Of a stretch of DNA of 64,000 bases, positions 37,840-47,830 are shown one piece after another (positions within the stretch are counted from its first letter, which is position 1; every line of letters starts with the position of its first letter). The position numbers and the translations under genes were made by a program. The notes beneath the pieces were generated by a model that made no database searches, was not told the origin of the DNA, and saw nothing but the letters and a program-made list of their open reading frames with translations. Origin of the DNA: a virus (lineage: Duplodnaviria > Caudoviricetes); the IMG/VR virus record IMGVR_UViG_3300020045_001345, positions 13,920 to 77,919 of that record. One strand, written 5' to 3'.

Positions 37840-38625
37840 TTAACGTTGCTTACAAGATAATTTAATAGTTCTGCTATCAGTTCTTGTTAATGAAGTTGTA
37901 ATAGTGTTAGTTATCTTATAAATATTGCCAGCAACACCTCCTGTTACAAACAATGAGGTTATACCTCCTGCTATTTGTTCTAAGGAAGCTACTAGAGGAC
38001 TTTCAACTGTCCAAGTGCTTGTGGCAATAGTTTCACCACTAGCAAGCCATCCAGAGGATGCCCAATCAAATCCATAGTCTAAACTGGCAAGTGGTGCATG
38101 ATCAAATTCGTGATCGCCATCTGCATTGAGCATTTCACCTCCTGTGTTGAGTGTGTAAGTTATTGTTAAGGTTGAGTAGTCTGAAGACTCTGTTAGTTGT
38201 GCTGAGATGTTTATAGAAAGACTCAGTTGAGATACAACAGAATCTGAAAGCTCTTGTAGGTTACTTTGGATGTCTATAACATCGGCTACAGTAATAATAG
38301 TTGAAGTAATTGTGTCAGACTCTTCAAGAATACTTACTGTTACTGTTGCAGCACCTGCAATTGTGAGAAGGCTACTAGTTAAAGTATCACCAACCTCAGT
38401 TAAGGAAGAGGATACATTTGCAGAAACAAAAACAGCGGCACTTAAAATATCGGAAGACTCTACACTACTAACTTGAGTTGTAATAACTAAAGCAATAGTG
38501 GTAGAGATAATATCTGATCCCTCTATAACAGTGAAATCTATGGTGTTACCTGTTGCTATATCTTGTGTGTTGCTTGAAAATACAGCGTCAGACCCAATAA
38601 ACTGAGCGGAATATACAGCAGCCAT
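37840..38625 (-). CDS. Fibre-associated protein: about 6 ExxD repeats plus a C-terminal fibre-adaptor-like domain
   Basis: 21-24-aa repeats (IEGSD, VESSD, TEVGD, LEESD, QELSD, TESSD); C-terminal LDY.FDW...WL..GETI..STW...RTI.L. Confidence 0.7.
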   Translation of the reverse strand: MAAVYSAQFIGSDAVFSSNTQDIATGNTIDFTVIEGSDIISTTIALVITTQVSSVESSDILSAAVFVSANVSSSLTEVGDTLTSSLLTIAGAATVTVSILEESDTITSTIITVADVIDIQSNLQELSDSVVSQLSLSINISAQLTESSDYSTLTITYTLNTGGEMLNADGDHEFDHAPLASLDYGFDWASSGWLASGETIATSTWTVESPLVASLEQIAGGITSLFVTGGVAGNIYKITNTITTSLTRTDSRTIKLSCKQR

Positions 38626-40997
38626 TATTGCACCACTACTACACCACTAAAGGCTTTTGCTGGAGGTACTTGGGTATTAGTTCCATCGGAGTCTGTAACA
38701 ACTAGCCAACCTAAACCACTCGCTGGAAGTGTTGTAGCAGGGATTACTAATGTCAGCAAACCAGACACATCTGTAGTAGCCCCAACACCTGATGAAGCGG
38801 GTGCAATAAATGCAGTAGGGGACACATTATCGAATAATGCCCACTTCAACCCTGTCAAATTGGCAATAGGTGTTCCAGAGGATGTTACCAGATTCATCTG
38901 AACTTTTCTAGCATAATATGCAACATTCAGTGTATTGAAAGCTCTAAGCCCCACTTCAATAGTTTCAGCCCCTGTAGCACCATAGTGTACTGAACCTGAG
39001 AAGGCTCCGTTCATATCCGCTATTCCTACCACATTTGCATTGGTAGTTGCTACATTTGCAATTGCTGCATGGATTGCATTAAAACCTGTATCACTTGAAG
39101 ATGTCCCACCACTACCGACTGCACAGCCTGTGGAATTCAGGTTCATCAGAACCCATTTCTTACCTGTACGAGTAAACCAATCATCTACTAAAATATTGAG
39201 AGAAGATTCATAGGATGAACGAGTTGTACCATCCCCGCAGTTTGTCTCTCCTTGCCACCATAGAGCTGCTTTATATCCACCTATTGAGGTAGCTGTGGCA
39301 AGTGCTGCTCCATATAACTGTGTGGTAGCTAAATTTACAGCCCACGCTGCGATGGAGGTAGAACCCATTGCACAAGGTATGAATGCACAAGGAACACCTA
39401 CTGCCATTATTCGGGTTGCAAGATTTCCGAAGTAAGATCCTAATGGGGTAGGATCGGCATGAACTGAATATATAGCTCCTGTTGCGTCATCGAACTTAGT
39501 ACCAGCAGTCTCAACGTTCTGTCTCCATGTCCCTGCTTTGTCTCTCTCGATTGGTATCCAAGAAGGGTTCCCAATAGGTGCAACAGCAGGGACATATATA
39601 TTTGATTTACCAACATGATTCGATTGACCAAGAACTAAGTAGACATCTCCTACCCCAACGTAAGCCAAGCTTGCAACAACACCTGTTGCATTTGAGAATC
39701 TTATACTTAAATTTCCTTGACCAACACCAGACAGAACAGTAGTGGTATCAAATACTCCTCCTGTTGGTGAAGCTACCAGTGTTGTCCATGCACTGCCATT
39801 CCAACTTGATTCTATGCTGGTAGGAGTTCCAACATAAGTACCAGTAATACGAATAGTTGCATTATTTGAGGCGTCACGTTGAAATAGTCTATATGGTACT
39901 GCCGCTGTTGCAGGTGTACCGGGGACAGTGAACGCAATTGAATTTGCCACTACTGTCAAACTTGTAACCGTAGTCAATACAGCTGGTAAGTTCTTCCACC
40001 TAACTGTTAATGTACCTGTCCCTACGCTCTGCCCAGACAAGACGCCACTAAATGTACCACCTGTTGGAGCTACAGCAACATCAGCGTATGCTCCACCATT
40101 AAAGGATGCCTCAATTGTGGTTGGTGTGTTTCCACCAGCGTATGTACCAGTAATTGTTATATTAGTTCCAACTGTAGAGCCATTTGTCGGTGTTGAAACT
40201 GTTATAGAATCTGCTACTGCTGAGTTTGAATAATAAGAGTATGGATTAGCTGCATGTGCTCCAACCTCAGCAACTGATAGCTCGCGTGTCCAGTAAATAT
40301 CATCTAAGAGGATAAAGTCTTGTTCTGCACCCGCTGAATTATCGTACAAACCTGCAATGGTTGCTTGATTTGTCGTGGCAGCAAAATTCTCAGTATCTCC
40401 AGAGACTGTTTTTACCAGTGTACCATTGACATAAAATTTGACTGTCCCACCAGCCGCACTTCGTGTGATGTGCAAGTCAACTACAGAATTAATGGCGTTT
40501 GCAGGATTACCGGCATCGTTCCAATTCATTTTTGTAGTGCCAGCACCAAAATATGGATACAAACAATATCCCGTTCCAACTACTTCATAGACGCCAAAAG
40601 TAATGGCTGACTGTGCATTTCCACTATTCAAACGACCAACACTACGAACTACTGTATTTGCTGCAGCAACTGAAGGCATACGCATGCGCTTCCATACTGA
40701 AAACGCACCTGTGCCGACTGCCATACCGAGAGAATTTAAACTTGGTAATGTGTAGTAAATATTATGGACTGTGCGACCATTTGAGGTATCTCTCCCTTTA
40801 CCTGCTGATGTTGTGACTATTGGTGGAGTTGTTCCAGCTACAGTCCAGTGCCTAGAATTTCCACTATTATCTTTACCATTTGAAGTTGCTGTGCTGCCAT
40901 CCTCAGAAGCCCATGAATATGCAGCGACAATACCTGTGTTCAATGCATCCGCGGTGAGTGCCAGAGGTTCAATTCGTTGACTTCGTAATACGGGCAT
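38625..40997 (-). CDS. Virion-associated protein: LamG/concanavalin-like, Ig-like and SGNH (sialate O-acetylesterase-like) domains
   Basis: YLVLGQSNH (block I), PCAMGSTSI..W, LWWQGE.N (block III), FSGSVHY (block V-like); N-terminal FYVNG..V and LDD...W.R.LS..E+ LamG pattern. Confidence 0.75.
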   Translation of the reverse strand: MPVLRSQRIEPLALTADALNTGIVAAYSWASEDGSTATSNGKDNSGNSRHWTVAGTTPPIVTTSAGKGRDTSNGRTVHNIYYTLPSLNSLGMAVGTGAFSVWKRMRMPSVAAANTVVRSVGRLNSGNAQSAITFGVYEVVGTGYCLYPYFGAGTTKMNWNDAGNPANAINSVVDLHITRSAAGGTVKFYVNGTLVKTVSGDTENFAATTNQATIAGLYDNSAGAEQDFILLDDIYWTRELSVAEVGAHAANPYSYYSNSAVADSITVSTPTNGSTVGTNITITGTYAGGNTPTTIEASFNGGAYADVAVAPTGGTFSGVLSGQSVGTGTLTVRWKNLPAVLTTVTSLTVVANSIAFTVPGTPATAAVPYRLFQRDASNNATIRITGTYVGTPTSIESSWNGSAWTTLVASPTGGVFDTTTVLSGVGQGNLSIRFSNATGVVASLAYVGVGDVYLVLGQSNHVGKSNIYVPAVAPIGNPSWIPIERDKAGTWRQNVETAGTKFDDATGAIYSVHADPTPLGSYFGNLATRIMAVGVPCAFIPCAMGSTSIAAWAVNLATTQLYGAALATATSIGGYKAALWWQGETNCGDGTTRSSYESSLNILVDDWFTRTGKKWVLMNLNSTGCAVGSGGTSSSDTGFNAIHAAIANVATTNANVVGIADMNGAFSGSVHYGATGAETIEVGLRAFNTLNVAYYARKVQMNLVTSSGTPIANLTGLKWALFDNVSPTAFIAPASSGVGATTDVSGLLTLVIPATTLPASGLGWLVVTDSDGTNTQVPPAKAFSGVVVVQ

Positions 40998-41014
40998 AAA
41001 TATTCCTTAAATTA

Positions 41015-42154
41015 TTATTGACAAAGGACATTAACTGCCCTAATATTCTTACCAACATACAATGCCCTGATGTCAACGGGTACTTCTACGAATCTAGTAT
41101 TCTCAAATACTGTCAAGCATCTTCTATCAACTTCTACAAAGGATATTCTTATGTCTTCTGCTATAACAGCTACTCTACAAGGGTCTACTGCATAGTTAAT
41201 AGCGTCTGTGACAGTTATTGTGCTTTGTAACGTGTCATCCGTTTCTACAACACTTGTAGCTACTGTTATTGAAATATTTGATACAGAAACTAGCTCATCT
41301 GCGTCCTCGTTATTAGAAGATGATAAAGTTATCAACAAACTTAAAGATGAGGCTGCTGCGTCAGGTTCTTCAACGACATTGAACGAAACACTAGCCGGAG
41401 GCACAATTACAACTAAATTACTTGATAAGGTGTCTGAGAGTTCTGTAATATTTGAAGCAACACTGATAGAAGAAATAACACTAGCTAAGGCTGTGTCAGC
41501 AGCTTCTTGTAGCACACTTGACAGTATCACTGCTATAGACACACTACTGACAATCGTGTCTGGCTGTTCTAACACATTAAGTGAAATGTTTGCACTGGCT
41601 GCCACAGTTTGTACTGTTGATGCCAAGCTGTCAGAAACCTCGGTGTTTGCAGAAGTAATTGATATCTGTGAAGTAACACTGGATGACGCAGCATCCGAGG
41701 TTTCTGACAAACTAGATGATATACTTATAAGATTTGTAACACTTGACGACAGAGAGTCACTAGATTCTACGTTGTTGCTAGTAATACCTATGTTGGCTGT
41801 AGCTGCAGAAGATAAGCTATCACCACTCTCTGTGATAGCACCTGTTATAGCTACTGAACTTACAATACTTGCCGTTGCTATATCAGGTGCTTCTGTTACA
41901 CTAACTGTAATTGTTGCACCAGCTACCACTGTCTGCACACTTGATACAAGAGTGTCAGGTGATTCTGTCAGGCCGCTGTTTATTGTTATTGGCGTTGTTA
42001 TGGCTGATGAAACACTATCAGAAAGCTCTGTAACAACACCTACTACTTGAATTGAAACAACACTACTTGTTGTTAGTATATCTGGGGACTCTGCAAGATT
42101 AGCACTTACAGAGATTCCACCACTTGATGATAAAAGAGCTAATAATAACGACAT
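41015..42154 (-). CDS. Ser/Thr/Val-rich tandem-repeat fibre-like protein (14 repeats of 21-24 aa, ExxD motif)
   Basis: AESPD, TELSD, TESPD, TEAPD, TESGD, VESSD, SETSD, TEVSD, LEQPD, QEAAD, TELSD, VEEPD, NEDAD, VETDD. Confidence 0.8.
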   Translation of the reverse strand: MSLLLALLSSSGGISVSANLAESPDILTTSSVVSIQVVGVVTELSDSVSSAITTPITINSGLTESPDTLVSSVQTVVAGATITVSVTEAPDIATASIVSSVAITGAITESGDSLSSAATANIGITSNNVESSDSLSSSVTNLISISSSLSETSDAASSSVTSQISITSANTEVSDSLASTVQTVAASANISLNVLEQPDTIVSSVSIAVILSSVLQEAADTALASVISSISVASNITELSDTLSSNLVVIVPPASVSFNVVEEPDAAASSLSLLITLSSSNNEDADELVSVSNISITVATSVVETDDTLQSTITVTDAINYAVDPCRVAVIAEDIRISFVEVDRRCLTVFENTRFVEVPVDIRALYVGKNIRAVNVLCQ

Positions 42155-42235
42155 CTAAAGCTCCTATACGATTAAGATATACTACCTGCTTCTACTCCTT
42201 TATAAACCTGAGATGTTTCATAAAATTGTGACATA

Positions 42236-43699
42236 TTATAATATCCAACCGTAGTCAAAGGTAATGATGAATGTCACTACACCAGAGGTTGTTACAGCTC
42301 CTAAGTTCTTGGCTGCAATTGCTGTGAATTCTGAGGGATATACAGGGACAGACCTATCAAAATTTATTGATATAGTTTGTCCTAATGTTCCAACTGGTGC
42401 AGCAGCTGCAAATGTTTGTATTCCTAGTGGGATACGTCTAGGAGCTTTAGCAGCAGCTGCTTCAGTCGTTGCGAGAGATACGTTTGTATGTCCATAGCAC
42501 AAACTAAAAGCATAAATAATAGGAGTAGCATTTCCTGCTAACACGGTAGTTACAACTGACTGGATAGTAACGCCACGAATGACAAGTTGTTTACCAGATA
42601 TTGCAACAGTTGGTACAGGGTTTTGATAACTACAAACAATACCATCTGTGGCTACAGCTAGGGTTGGCAGAGCTGAGAATTGCCCACCAAGACCAACTCC
42701 AAGAGCTGCTGTGGTGTTAGTCATTACAGCACCTGCGCCAGCTGCTAAGGAGTTGGTATAGAGGGCTGTGGATCCCACTGTATGCCCTTGTTGACCTTGA
42801 TGTCCACCTGTCAGCAGAGCAGCTGTAGCAGCTTCTGAACGCATGTTAGTGAAGCCACCACTGCTAATGAGGTATTCTACAACTTGCATACCTTGTACAG
42901 CCGATGCAGCAGTTCCACCTATGGAATGTCGAACAGTGAATGGAGCAGATGCACTGTAAATTGGTCTACGTGTAGCTGCTGACAATGAGATTTTACCCAT
43001 TACTTGGAAGCTATTACCGTCCTGAATATCCATCCAAAACACAACAGATCTTGAGCTAGATGAGATAATTACGTCATACGCATTACCAAGAATAGGGCTA
43101 AATGCAGCACCTCCGCTGGCAACTACAAAAGTTCCAGTTGTTTGTTCTGTTCCGTTAACATTACTGACACCAAACAATCCTGTGTTGTTAGCACGGATGT
43201 ACACACCATCTAAAGGTGCAAATGGAACTGTCTGAGCATTGGTAGATAAGCCGACATCCATTGTAGTGTTAGTCACAGCCCATGTACCAGTCCATCTAAC
43301 TTTTAGGTAGACATAAGTCTCTGTTGCTGCAAGAATTGGAAAATGCTGTCTTGACTGATACAACACACCAGTGTTTAGAGTGGTGATACCCGAAGCATTT
43401 GTTGCCAGCTGACCACCATAGCCGAGTGTCATAGTTGTAGCTACAGCACTTGACAAGCCTGTGTCTTGAGCAGCATAATTGAAAACATCCCTTCCCAAAA
43501 TACTATCAAGCTCTGTACGCATGCGATAGTCTTCTGAAGTTTCTGCAGCTAATAGAACAGGAACACCTGTTACCAAGCCTACATCAACTTCTGACATTGG
43601 TCGGCTGTATCCAGACTGTGCTACCACCATTGGGAGAGTTGTTTTGATATTACCATTTGCATCTACTACTGAGCCAACAATCTGAGCATCTAACGCCAT
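42236..43699 (-). CDS. Putative virion structural/lectin-like protein
   Basis: A/G/T/V-rich beta-protein of 487 aa within the fibre module. Confidence 0.65.
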   Translation of the reverse strand: MALDAQIVGSVVDANGNIKTTLPMVVAQSGYSRPMSEVDVGLVTGVPVLLAAETSEDYRMRTELDSILGRDVFNYAAQDTGLSSAVATTMTLGYGGQLATNASGITTLNTGVLYQSRQHFPILAATETYVYLKVRWTGTWAVTNTTMDVGLSTNAQTVPFAPLDGVYIRANNTGLFGVSNVNGTEQTTGTFVVASGGAAFSPILGNAYDVIISSSSRSVVFWMDIQDGNSFQVMGKISLSAATRRPIYSASAPFTVRHSIGGTAASAVQGMQVVEYLISSGGFTNMRSEAATAALLTGGHQGQQGHTVGSTALYTNSLAAGAGAVMTNTTAALGVGLGGQFSALPTLAVATDGIVCSYQNPVPTVAISGKQLVIRGVTIQSVVTTVLAGNATPIIYAFSLCYGHTNVSLATTEAAAAKAPRRIPLGIQTFAAAAPVGTLGQTISINFDRSVPVYPSEFTAIAAKNLGAVTTSGVVTFIITFDYGWIL

Positions 43700-43716
43700 A
43701 TAATTCCTTTATAGTT

Positions 43717-43995
43717 TTAAGCCCACACCCATCGTAGCTTAAATTTTCCTGTTAATTTTTCTATTGATCTAGCGTAGATGGTGAAGCCAGTTGCATCTGT
43801 AGGGACTCCACACGAGACTCCCATTAATGTGGCAGCATAGGTGTGATCACTCAGAGTGTGCTCAGAAGAGGCTTCTGCCATAATCCAAGCTTCAGCAGCA
43901 TTTGTAGAGAGTATTGAGGATTGCCCTGTTACGTCTACAAATGCTTCATTTGAACCAGCTCCAAAGTCTATTTCTATTGAACCTTGTGCGCTCAT
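43717..43995 (-). CDS. Putative small structural protein
   Basis: G...IDFG, GFTIYA, G.F..RWVW. Confidence 0.6.
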   Translation of the reverse strand: MSAQGSIEIDFGAGSNEAFVDVTGQSSILSTNAAEAWIMAEASSEHTLSDHTYAATLMGVSCGVPTDATGFTIYARSIEKLTGKFKLRWVWA

Positions 43996-44002
43996 ATAAT
44001 TA

Positions 44003-44401
44003 TTACGCGTTAGCTGCTGTGATCTGGAAGCCAGAAACTGTAATTCCTTGGGAAACAGCTAGTACAATATTATCGAAGACGAATGGGGTTCCAGAAGTTC
44101 CTGCCTCGCCTTGGATGTGTGCAACAGTTCCAGCATTGTCATAAATACGACAATAGCCTGCTGATCCGGCGCCTGAGCCAACTCCAGTCCAAGTACCAGC
44201 TTTAACTTTAACACCAGCAGAAGCAGCTGCCATCCAATCAGCAGGGAGTGTCAGAGTTGCTAACAATGTACCAGTTGCAGCAGCTGCACAGTTTGCTGGC
44301 ATAGTACCAGTATAAATCTTCAACAGGGCTGTAGCACCTGTAGCAGTTTCGATAGCATCTAAACGTGCATTGTTGACTGTTTGTGAATATTGAAATGCCA
44401 T
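44003..44401 (-). CDS. Putative small structural protein
   Basis: YS....NARLDAI, LKIYTG..PA, GT.LA.LTL; recurrent phage family. Confidence 0.65.
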   Translation of the reverse strand: MAFQYSQTVNNARLDAIETATGATALLKIYTGTMPANCAAAATGTLLATLTLPADWMAAASAGVKVKAGTWTGVGSGAGSAGYCRIYDNAGTVAHIQGEAGTSGTPFVFDNIVLAVSQGITVSGFQITAANA

Positions 44402-44416
44402 GAGAATTTCCTTTAA

Positions 44417-44815
44417 TTATTTGCGTATATGAAGTTCTAGGAGTACACTATTAGCACCGCTAGGGTTTGTATCTTTAAGGGCTAATATTTTCCATATTTC
44501 ACCATTAATCTTAATTTTATCTTTGTTAGGCTTTACAACGGGCATGGTGTAACGTGTGCTAACTTTATTTCTGGGCTGCACAAAGCATTGTCTGTCGCCA
44601 GCTTCTATTAGTGTTCCTGTGTTAGAGCTAATACCAGCCTTAGAGGTTGGGTAGTCTAGTAGGATTGTATTCACTAAGTATGAAGTTTCTACAGGCTCGT
44701 AAATTCCTGTTGATGGATCATAAACAGGTGTAGATTCTATCAGCAGAGTTGCTGTACCTCCCATGTCAACCATCATGTCTGCTACAACACTGTCAAAGTC
44801 TGATAGCATACCCAT
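44417..44815 (-). CDS. Head closure/stopper protein
   Basis: Position after the adaptor; YDP.TG, I..GD, P....DKI.I.G..W.I; ATG at 44815. Confidence 0.7.
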   Translation of the reverse strand: MGMLSDFDSVVADMMVDMGGTATLLIESTPVYDPSTGIYEPVETSYLVNTILLDYPTSKAGISSNTGTLIEAGDRQCFVQPRNKVSTRYTMPVVKPNKDKIKINGEIWKILALKDTNPSGANSVLLELHIRK

Positions 44816-44816
44816 G

Positions 44817-45263
44817 TTAGTACCCTGTGTATGGAAGTGTAGCACTAGGTGCTGCTAGAGCATCAAGAGCTAACTGCTGGCTTTGAGTACCATTAGAGTA
44901 GTTGTTGTTCCAGTCCTCCGTGAACTTGATCAAAGGATTAACATCTGTAGAACTACCGCTATAAGGGATAGGACTAATATCCATCATAAAGGCGGGGTTT
45001 GTGAAAGTTAATAATAAGAATTGTTGGTAGTTTTTGAAGGCTTGTTCACCGTATATCTCTATCTGCGATAGCTTCCTGTGCGTCTTGTGAGCCAGCATTC
45101 CAAGAAGGTATGATGCTATGATCTTGGCGGTGCGTATCAGATTGTTATCATTATCTGCTAGTGTCTGAGTGTATACTGAATCGGGGAGGAATGGGATGTC
45201 ACCATAATCAGCCACCCTCAAACGCAGCTTACCTAAATTTGTTGTAGGATCAATATGTGCCAT
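44817..45263 (-). CDS. Head-tail adaptor protein
   Basis: DP.T..GKLRL..AD...+.FL.D..Y; first structural gene after the capsid and endonuclease genes. Confidence 0.7.
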   Translation of the reverse strand: MAHIDPTTNLGKLRLRVADYGDIPFLPDSVYTQTLADNDNNLIRTAKIIASYLLGMLAHKTHRKLSQIEIYGEQAFKNYQQFLLLTFTNPAFMMDISPIPYSGSSTDVNPLIKFTEDWNNNYSNGTQSQQLALDALAAPSATLPYTGY

Positions 45264-46200
45264 TCTTTTCCTTTTGTATAGTTATTAGTTCTTCTACTTT
45301 TGATAGGAGAGATTGGTAATCTACTGACAAGAAGCATTCTGAGGAACCTTCAAATTTTGCTTTAGGTTGCTCGTAGAGAGTTCTTAAATATCTCAGGGCT
45401 TCTGTTTCTACAGCATCTGGAATAGAGCCATCCTCGAAGTGATATTCTTTTAGGACTATGAATTCTGCTCCGAAGCTTCTGGATATAGTGTTAGCCCGTA
45501 GTTCAACAGAAATATTGGTAATTCCTACTTTAGTAATATCACCGGACTTTAAAATATATAGTATTCCTGCTTTGTTTGGGCTATATCCTGTCTTTCTACA
45601 GCTCGCACAACCAGAACCACTCATGTGATTTGCAGCAGATTGCATAAAATATCCAGAGTGGTTCTTACAAAATATCTTTACTTTATTGCAAGCACAGACA
45701 TACTCTACAGACTCATAAGAGTAATTACCTTTGTGAACTTCGTTCGATCTACTTACAAACTCTTCTTTAGTTAGTCTGTTAGCACTCTCTATTCTTTCTT
45801 TAGCACACAGAGGACAGCCTTTACCACTAAGATGATTTATAGGTTTCTGTAGAAAATATTCAGAGTGCTTGTTACACCATATCTTTACTAGAACATGCGT
45901 TCCAACATATTCAACAGCATGATAAGAGTATCTTTCACCTTGGGCTTTTGTCGCCCTGTCCACAAATTTTTCATGTGTTAAAGTATTACCCGTAGACACA
46001 GATTCATACCTACATATAGGACATCCTCTGCCGCTCATGTGTGATGCTGCCGATTGTGAAAACTCTAAAGTATGCTTATTACAAATAATGATGACATGAC
46101 CTGTATTTCTTGTGTACTCTGCTTTAGAGTAATTATACTTATCGCCATGTTTCAATATCGAATTTTCTATAAATTCATCTGTTGTCAATCTCTTAGACAT
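45250..46200 (-). CDS. Free-standing homing endonuclease (3 Zn-ribbon repeats plus GIY-YIG/T5orf172-like C-terminus)
   Basis: Three F+.....HG..Y.Y...C.KH...F.Q....H.SG.GC..C repeats; AGILYILKSGDITKVGITN; paralog of 35272..36009. Confidence 0.8.
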   Translation of the reverse strand: MSKRLTTDEFIENSILKHGDKYNYSKAEYTRNTGHVIIICNKHTLEFSQSAASHMSGRGCPICRYESVSTGNTLTHEKFVDRATKAQGERYSYHAVEYVGTHVLVKIWCNKHSEYFLQKPINHLSGKGCPLCAKERIESANRLTKEEFVSRSNEVHKGNYSYESVEYVCACNKVKIFCKNHSGYFMQSAANHMSGSGCASCRKTGYSPNKAGILYILKSGDITKVGITNISVELRANTISRSFGAEFIVLKEYHFEDGSIPDAVETEALRYLRTLYEQPKAKFEGSSECFLSVDYQSLLSKVEELITIQKEKNGTY

Positions 46201-46214
46201 TTAGTATCCTTATT

Positions 46215-46239
46215 AGAAAAGCCTTGTTAAAGGCTTTTC
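46215..46239 (-). terminator. Terminator-like hairpin after the major capsid gene
   Basis: GAAAAGCCTT-TAAC-AAGGCTTTTC. Confidence 0.7.
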
Positions 46240-46292
46240 AGGTAAAGATGCTGGCAGGACTTACCCTGCAAAGACATCCGTATTAGTTGCTA

Positions 46293-47312
46293 TTAGGCAA
46301 CAGTTGCACGCACGACTAATTCAGGACGCAGGAGTGCTGAGATGTGGTTACTTTCTGATTCCAAGACAATAGATGAACCGTTCGTAGAAGGTTGCTCGAA
46401 CAGATAGACCTGCTCTCCGAGCGTGTTCACCAAGGAAAATTTATTGGCAGGTGAGAAAAAAGTTTTGAAGGAGTCTGTGCCTGTAGGAACAAAAAATGCT
46501 TCATTAGCTGTAATCAATGGTGTACCATTAAATGAGTCGCGCATTTCAATGAAGCGAACGCCCATGAAATTAAATTCACGATGCAATGCTGTTACACTAC
46601 CGCCAGGCGCTTGACGTTGACGCAGAGGCTCTTGGGTAGATGCATAATACTGGTATGCCTGCTTGATTGTGGCATGAGAAATCAATCCAGCAAAGAAGCC
46701 GGGTGAACACAAACCTACAATCCCAGTCAAACTTGTCATACCAGCATTGTCTTGGATCGCTGCGATAACAGCTTCAATTTTAGCAGCAACTTCAGTACCT
46801 GCTGTTCCCAAAATAAACGGGACAACTGTGCGAGTCACAGAAAATTCCGAGTTCCAATTCTGCGTGATTGTGCCAGAAGGTGCATATGCTGTTCCTGCAA
46901 CAATTGCTTGAGCACGAGCAACTTCCAGAGTACGTGCGTGTGCTTTGCGCAGATACAACATCTTCTCAACGCGCTTATTAGCTAAAGTATCGACATCTGC
47001 CGCTGTGCCATAGGCACGCTTGCCTTGAATGTCTTGTGGTAAGATTTGGTCATCCAACGGGAAGTGAGGAACAGCGAATGTATGGATTTGTTTAGCAGCA
47101 CCTTTAGACACGTTGTTACGATCACCACGTACACGGTCAATGATAACACCACCGTTTTCTTGACGAGACTCAAACGCTACTGTATGCTCTGCTACAGGGA
47201 CTTCTTCAAACAAACCCAATTGACCAATAGTACCCCATTGGTTTTGAATTGTGGAAATTTCTTGTGTCCAATCGTCAACACTGAAATTATTACCAAAGCT
47301 ACGTACAATCAT
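46293..47312 (-). CDS. Major capsid protein (lambda gpE-like)
   Basis: I...P.QWG.I..LGLF, F.+PHFP.DD.I.P.DIQG.RAYG, H..T.E..R.QAI..G, ESN.+....RP..VV. Confidence 0.93.
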   Translation of the reverse strand: MIVRSFGNNFSVDDWTQEISTIQNQWGTIGQLGLFEEVPVAEHTVAFESRQENGGVIIDRVRGDRNNVSKGAAKQIHTFAVPHFPLDDQILPQDIQGKRAYGTAADVDTLANKRVEKMLYLRKAHARTLEVARAQAIVAGTAYAPSGTITQNWNSEFSVTRTVVPFILGTAGTEVAAKIEAVIAAIQDNAGMTSLTGIVGLCSPGFFAGLISHATIKQAYQYYASTQEPLRQRQAPGGSVTALHREFNFMGVRFIEMRDSFNGTPLITANEAFFVPTGTDSFKTFFSPANKFSLVNTLGEQVYLFEQPSTNGSSIVLESESNHISALLRPELVVRATVA

Positions 47313-47384
47313 TTTATTTCCTTTAATTTATTATTTGTATTGCAACCAGAGTAATCTAGTTGCTAATGAGTTCTAAGCTAGGGC

Positions 47385-47813
47385 TTAAACAGTAGCTTCT
47401 AGGAAGATACCAAGAGCCTTCAAAGAAGCATAAACAACACCCTTCTTAGTAGCATCGTTATAGGTAGCATCCAACAAGATTGCATCCTTCGACAGAACAA
47501 CCTTACCACGTGTCAGTAAGAGTGCATTGACATCGGTAGCAGCTGCTGTTACAGTGGATTCAGTAGCACCGAAAGCATTACCAATATATACGCCTGCAGC
47601 AACTTTTGATCCATCAACTGCTGTCTCAACTGCAGGGATATACTTACCAGAAGCTGTGATCTTACCCATGATAGTACCTAATGGAATTGTAACAATACCT
47701 GCTGTATTAACTACTACAACATCATTGAACAACTCTGGAGACTCGGGAGCGTCATATTTTTTAATCAAGTCACTCAGAAGAGCGTAGCCAGATTGCGAAG
47801 CGATTATTGCCAT
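47385..47813 (-). CDS. Head decoration protein (gpD-like)
   Basis: GT+MGKITASGKY.P....A.DGS.VA.G+, ..L..LGI. Confidence 0.8.
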   Translation of the reverse strand: MAIIASQSGYALLSDLIKKYDAPESPELFNDVVVVNTAGIVTIPLGTIMGKITASGKYIPAVETAVDGSKVAAGVYIGNAFGATESTVTAAATDVNALLLTRGKVVLSKDAILLDATYNDATKKGVVYASLKALGIFLEATV

Positions 47814-47830
47814 TTTATATTTCCTTTAAA

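Noticed and set aside
41208-42050. 280-aa + strand ORF
   Set aside because: Antisense shadow of the Ser/Thr/Val repeat gene; biased codons leave the opposite frame stop-free. It has no SD and runs against the operon.
42155-42235. 20-aa ORF (MSQFYETSQVYKGVEAGSIS) in the fibre module
   Set aside because: Too short to support from sequence alone and has no clear SD; not listed as a feature.
46261-46270. 10-mer TGCAGGGTAA identical to the terL 5' splice junction, suggesting a second intron after the capsid gene
   Set aside because: The capsid ORF ends normally and no P/Q/R/S elements follow; a single 10-mer match is plausible by chance.
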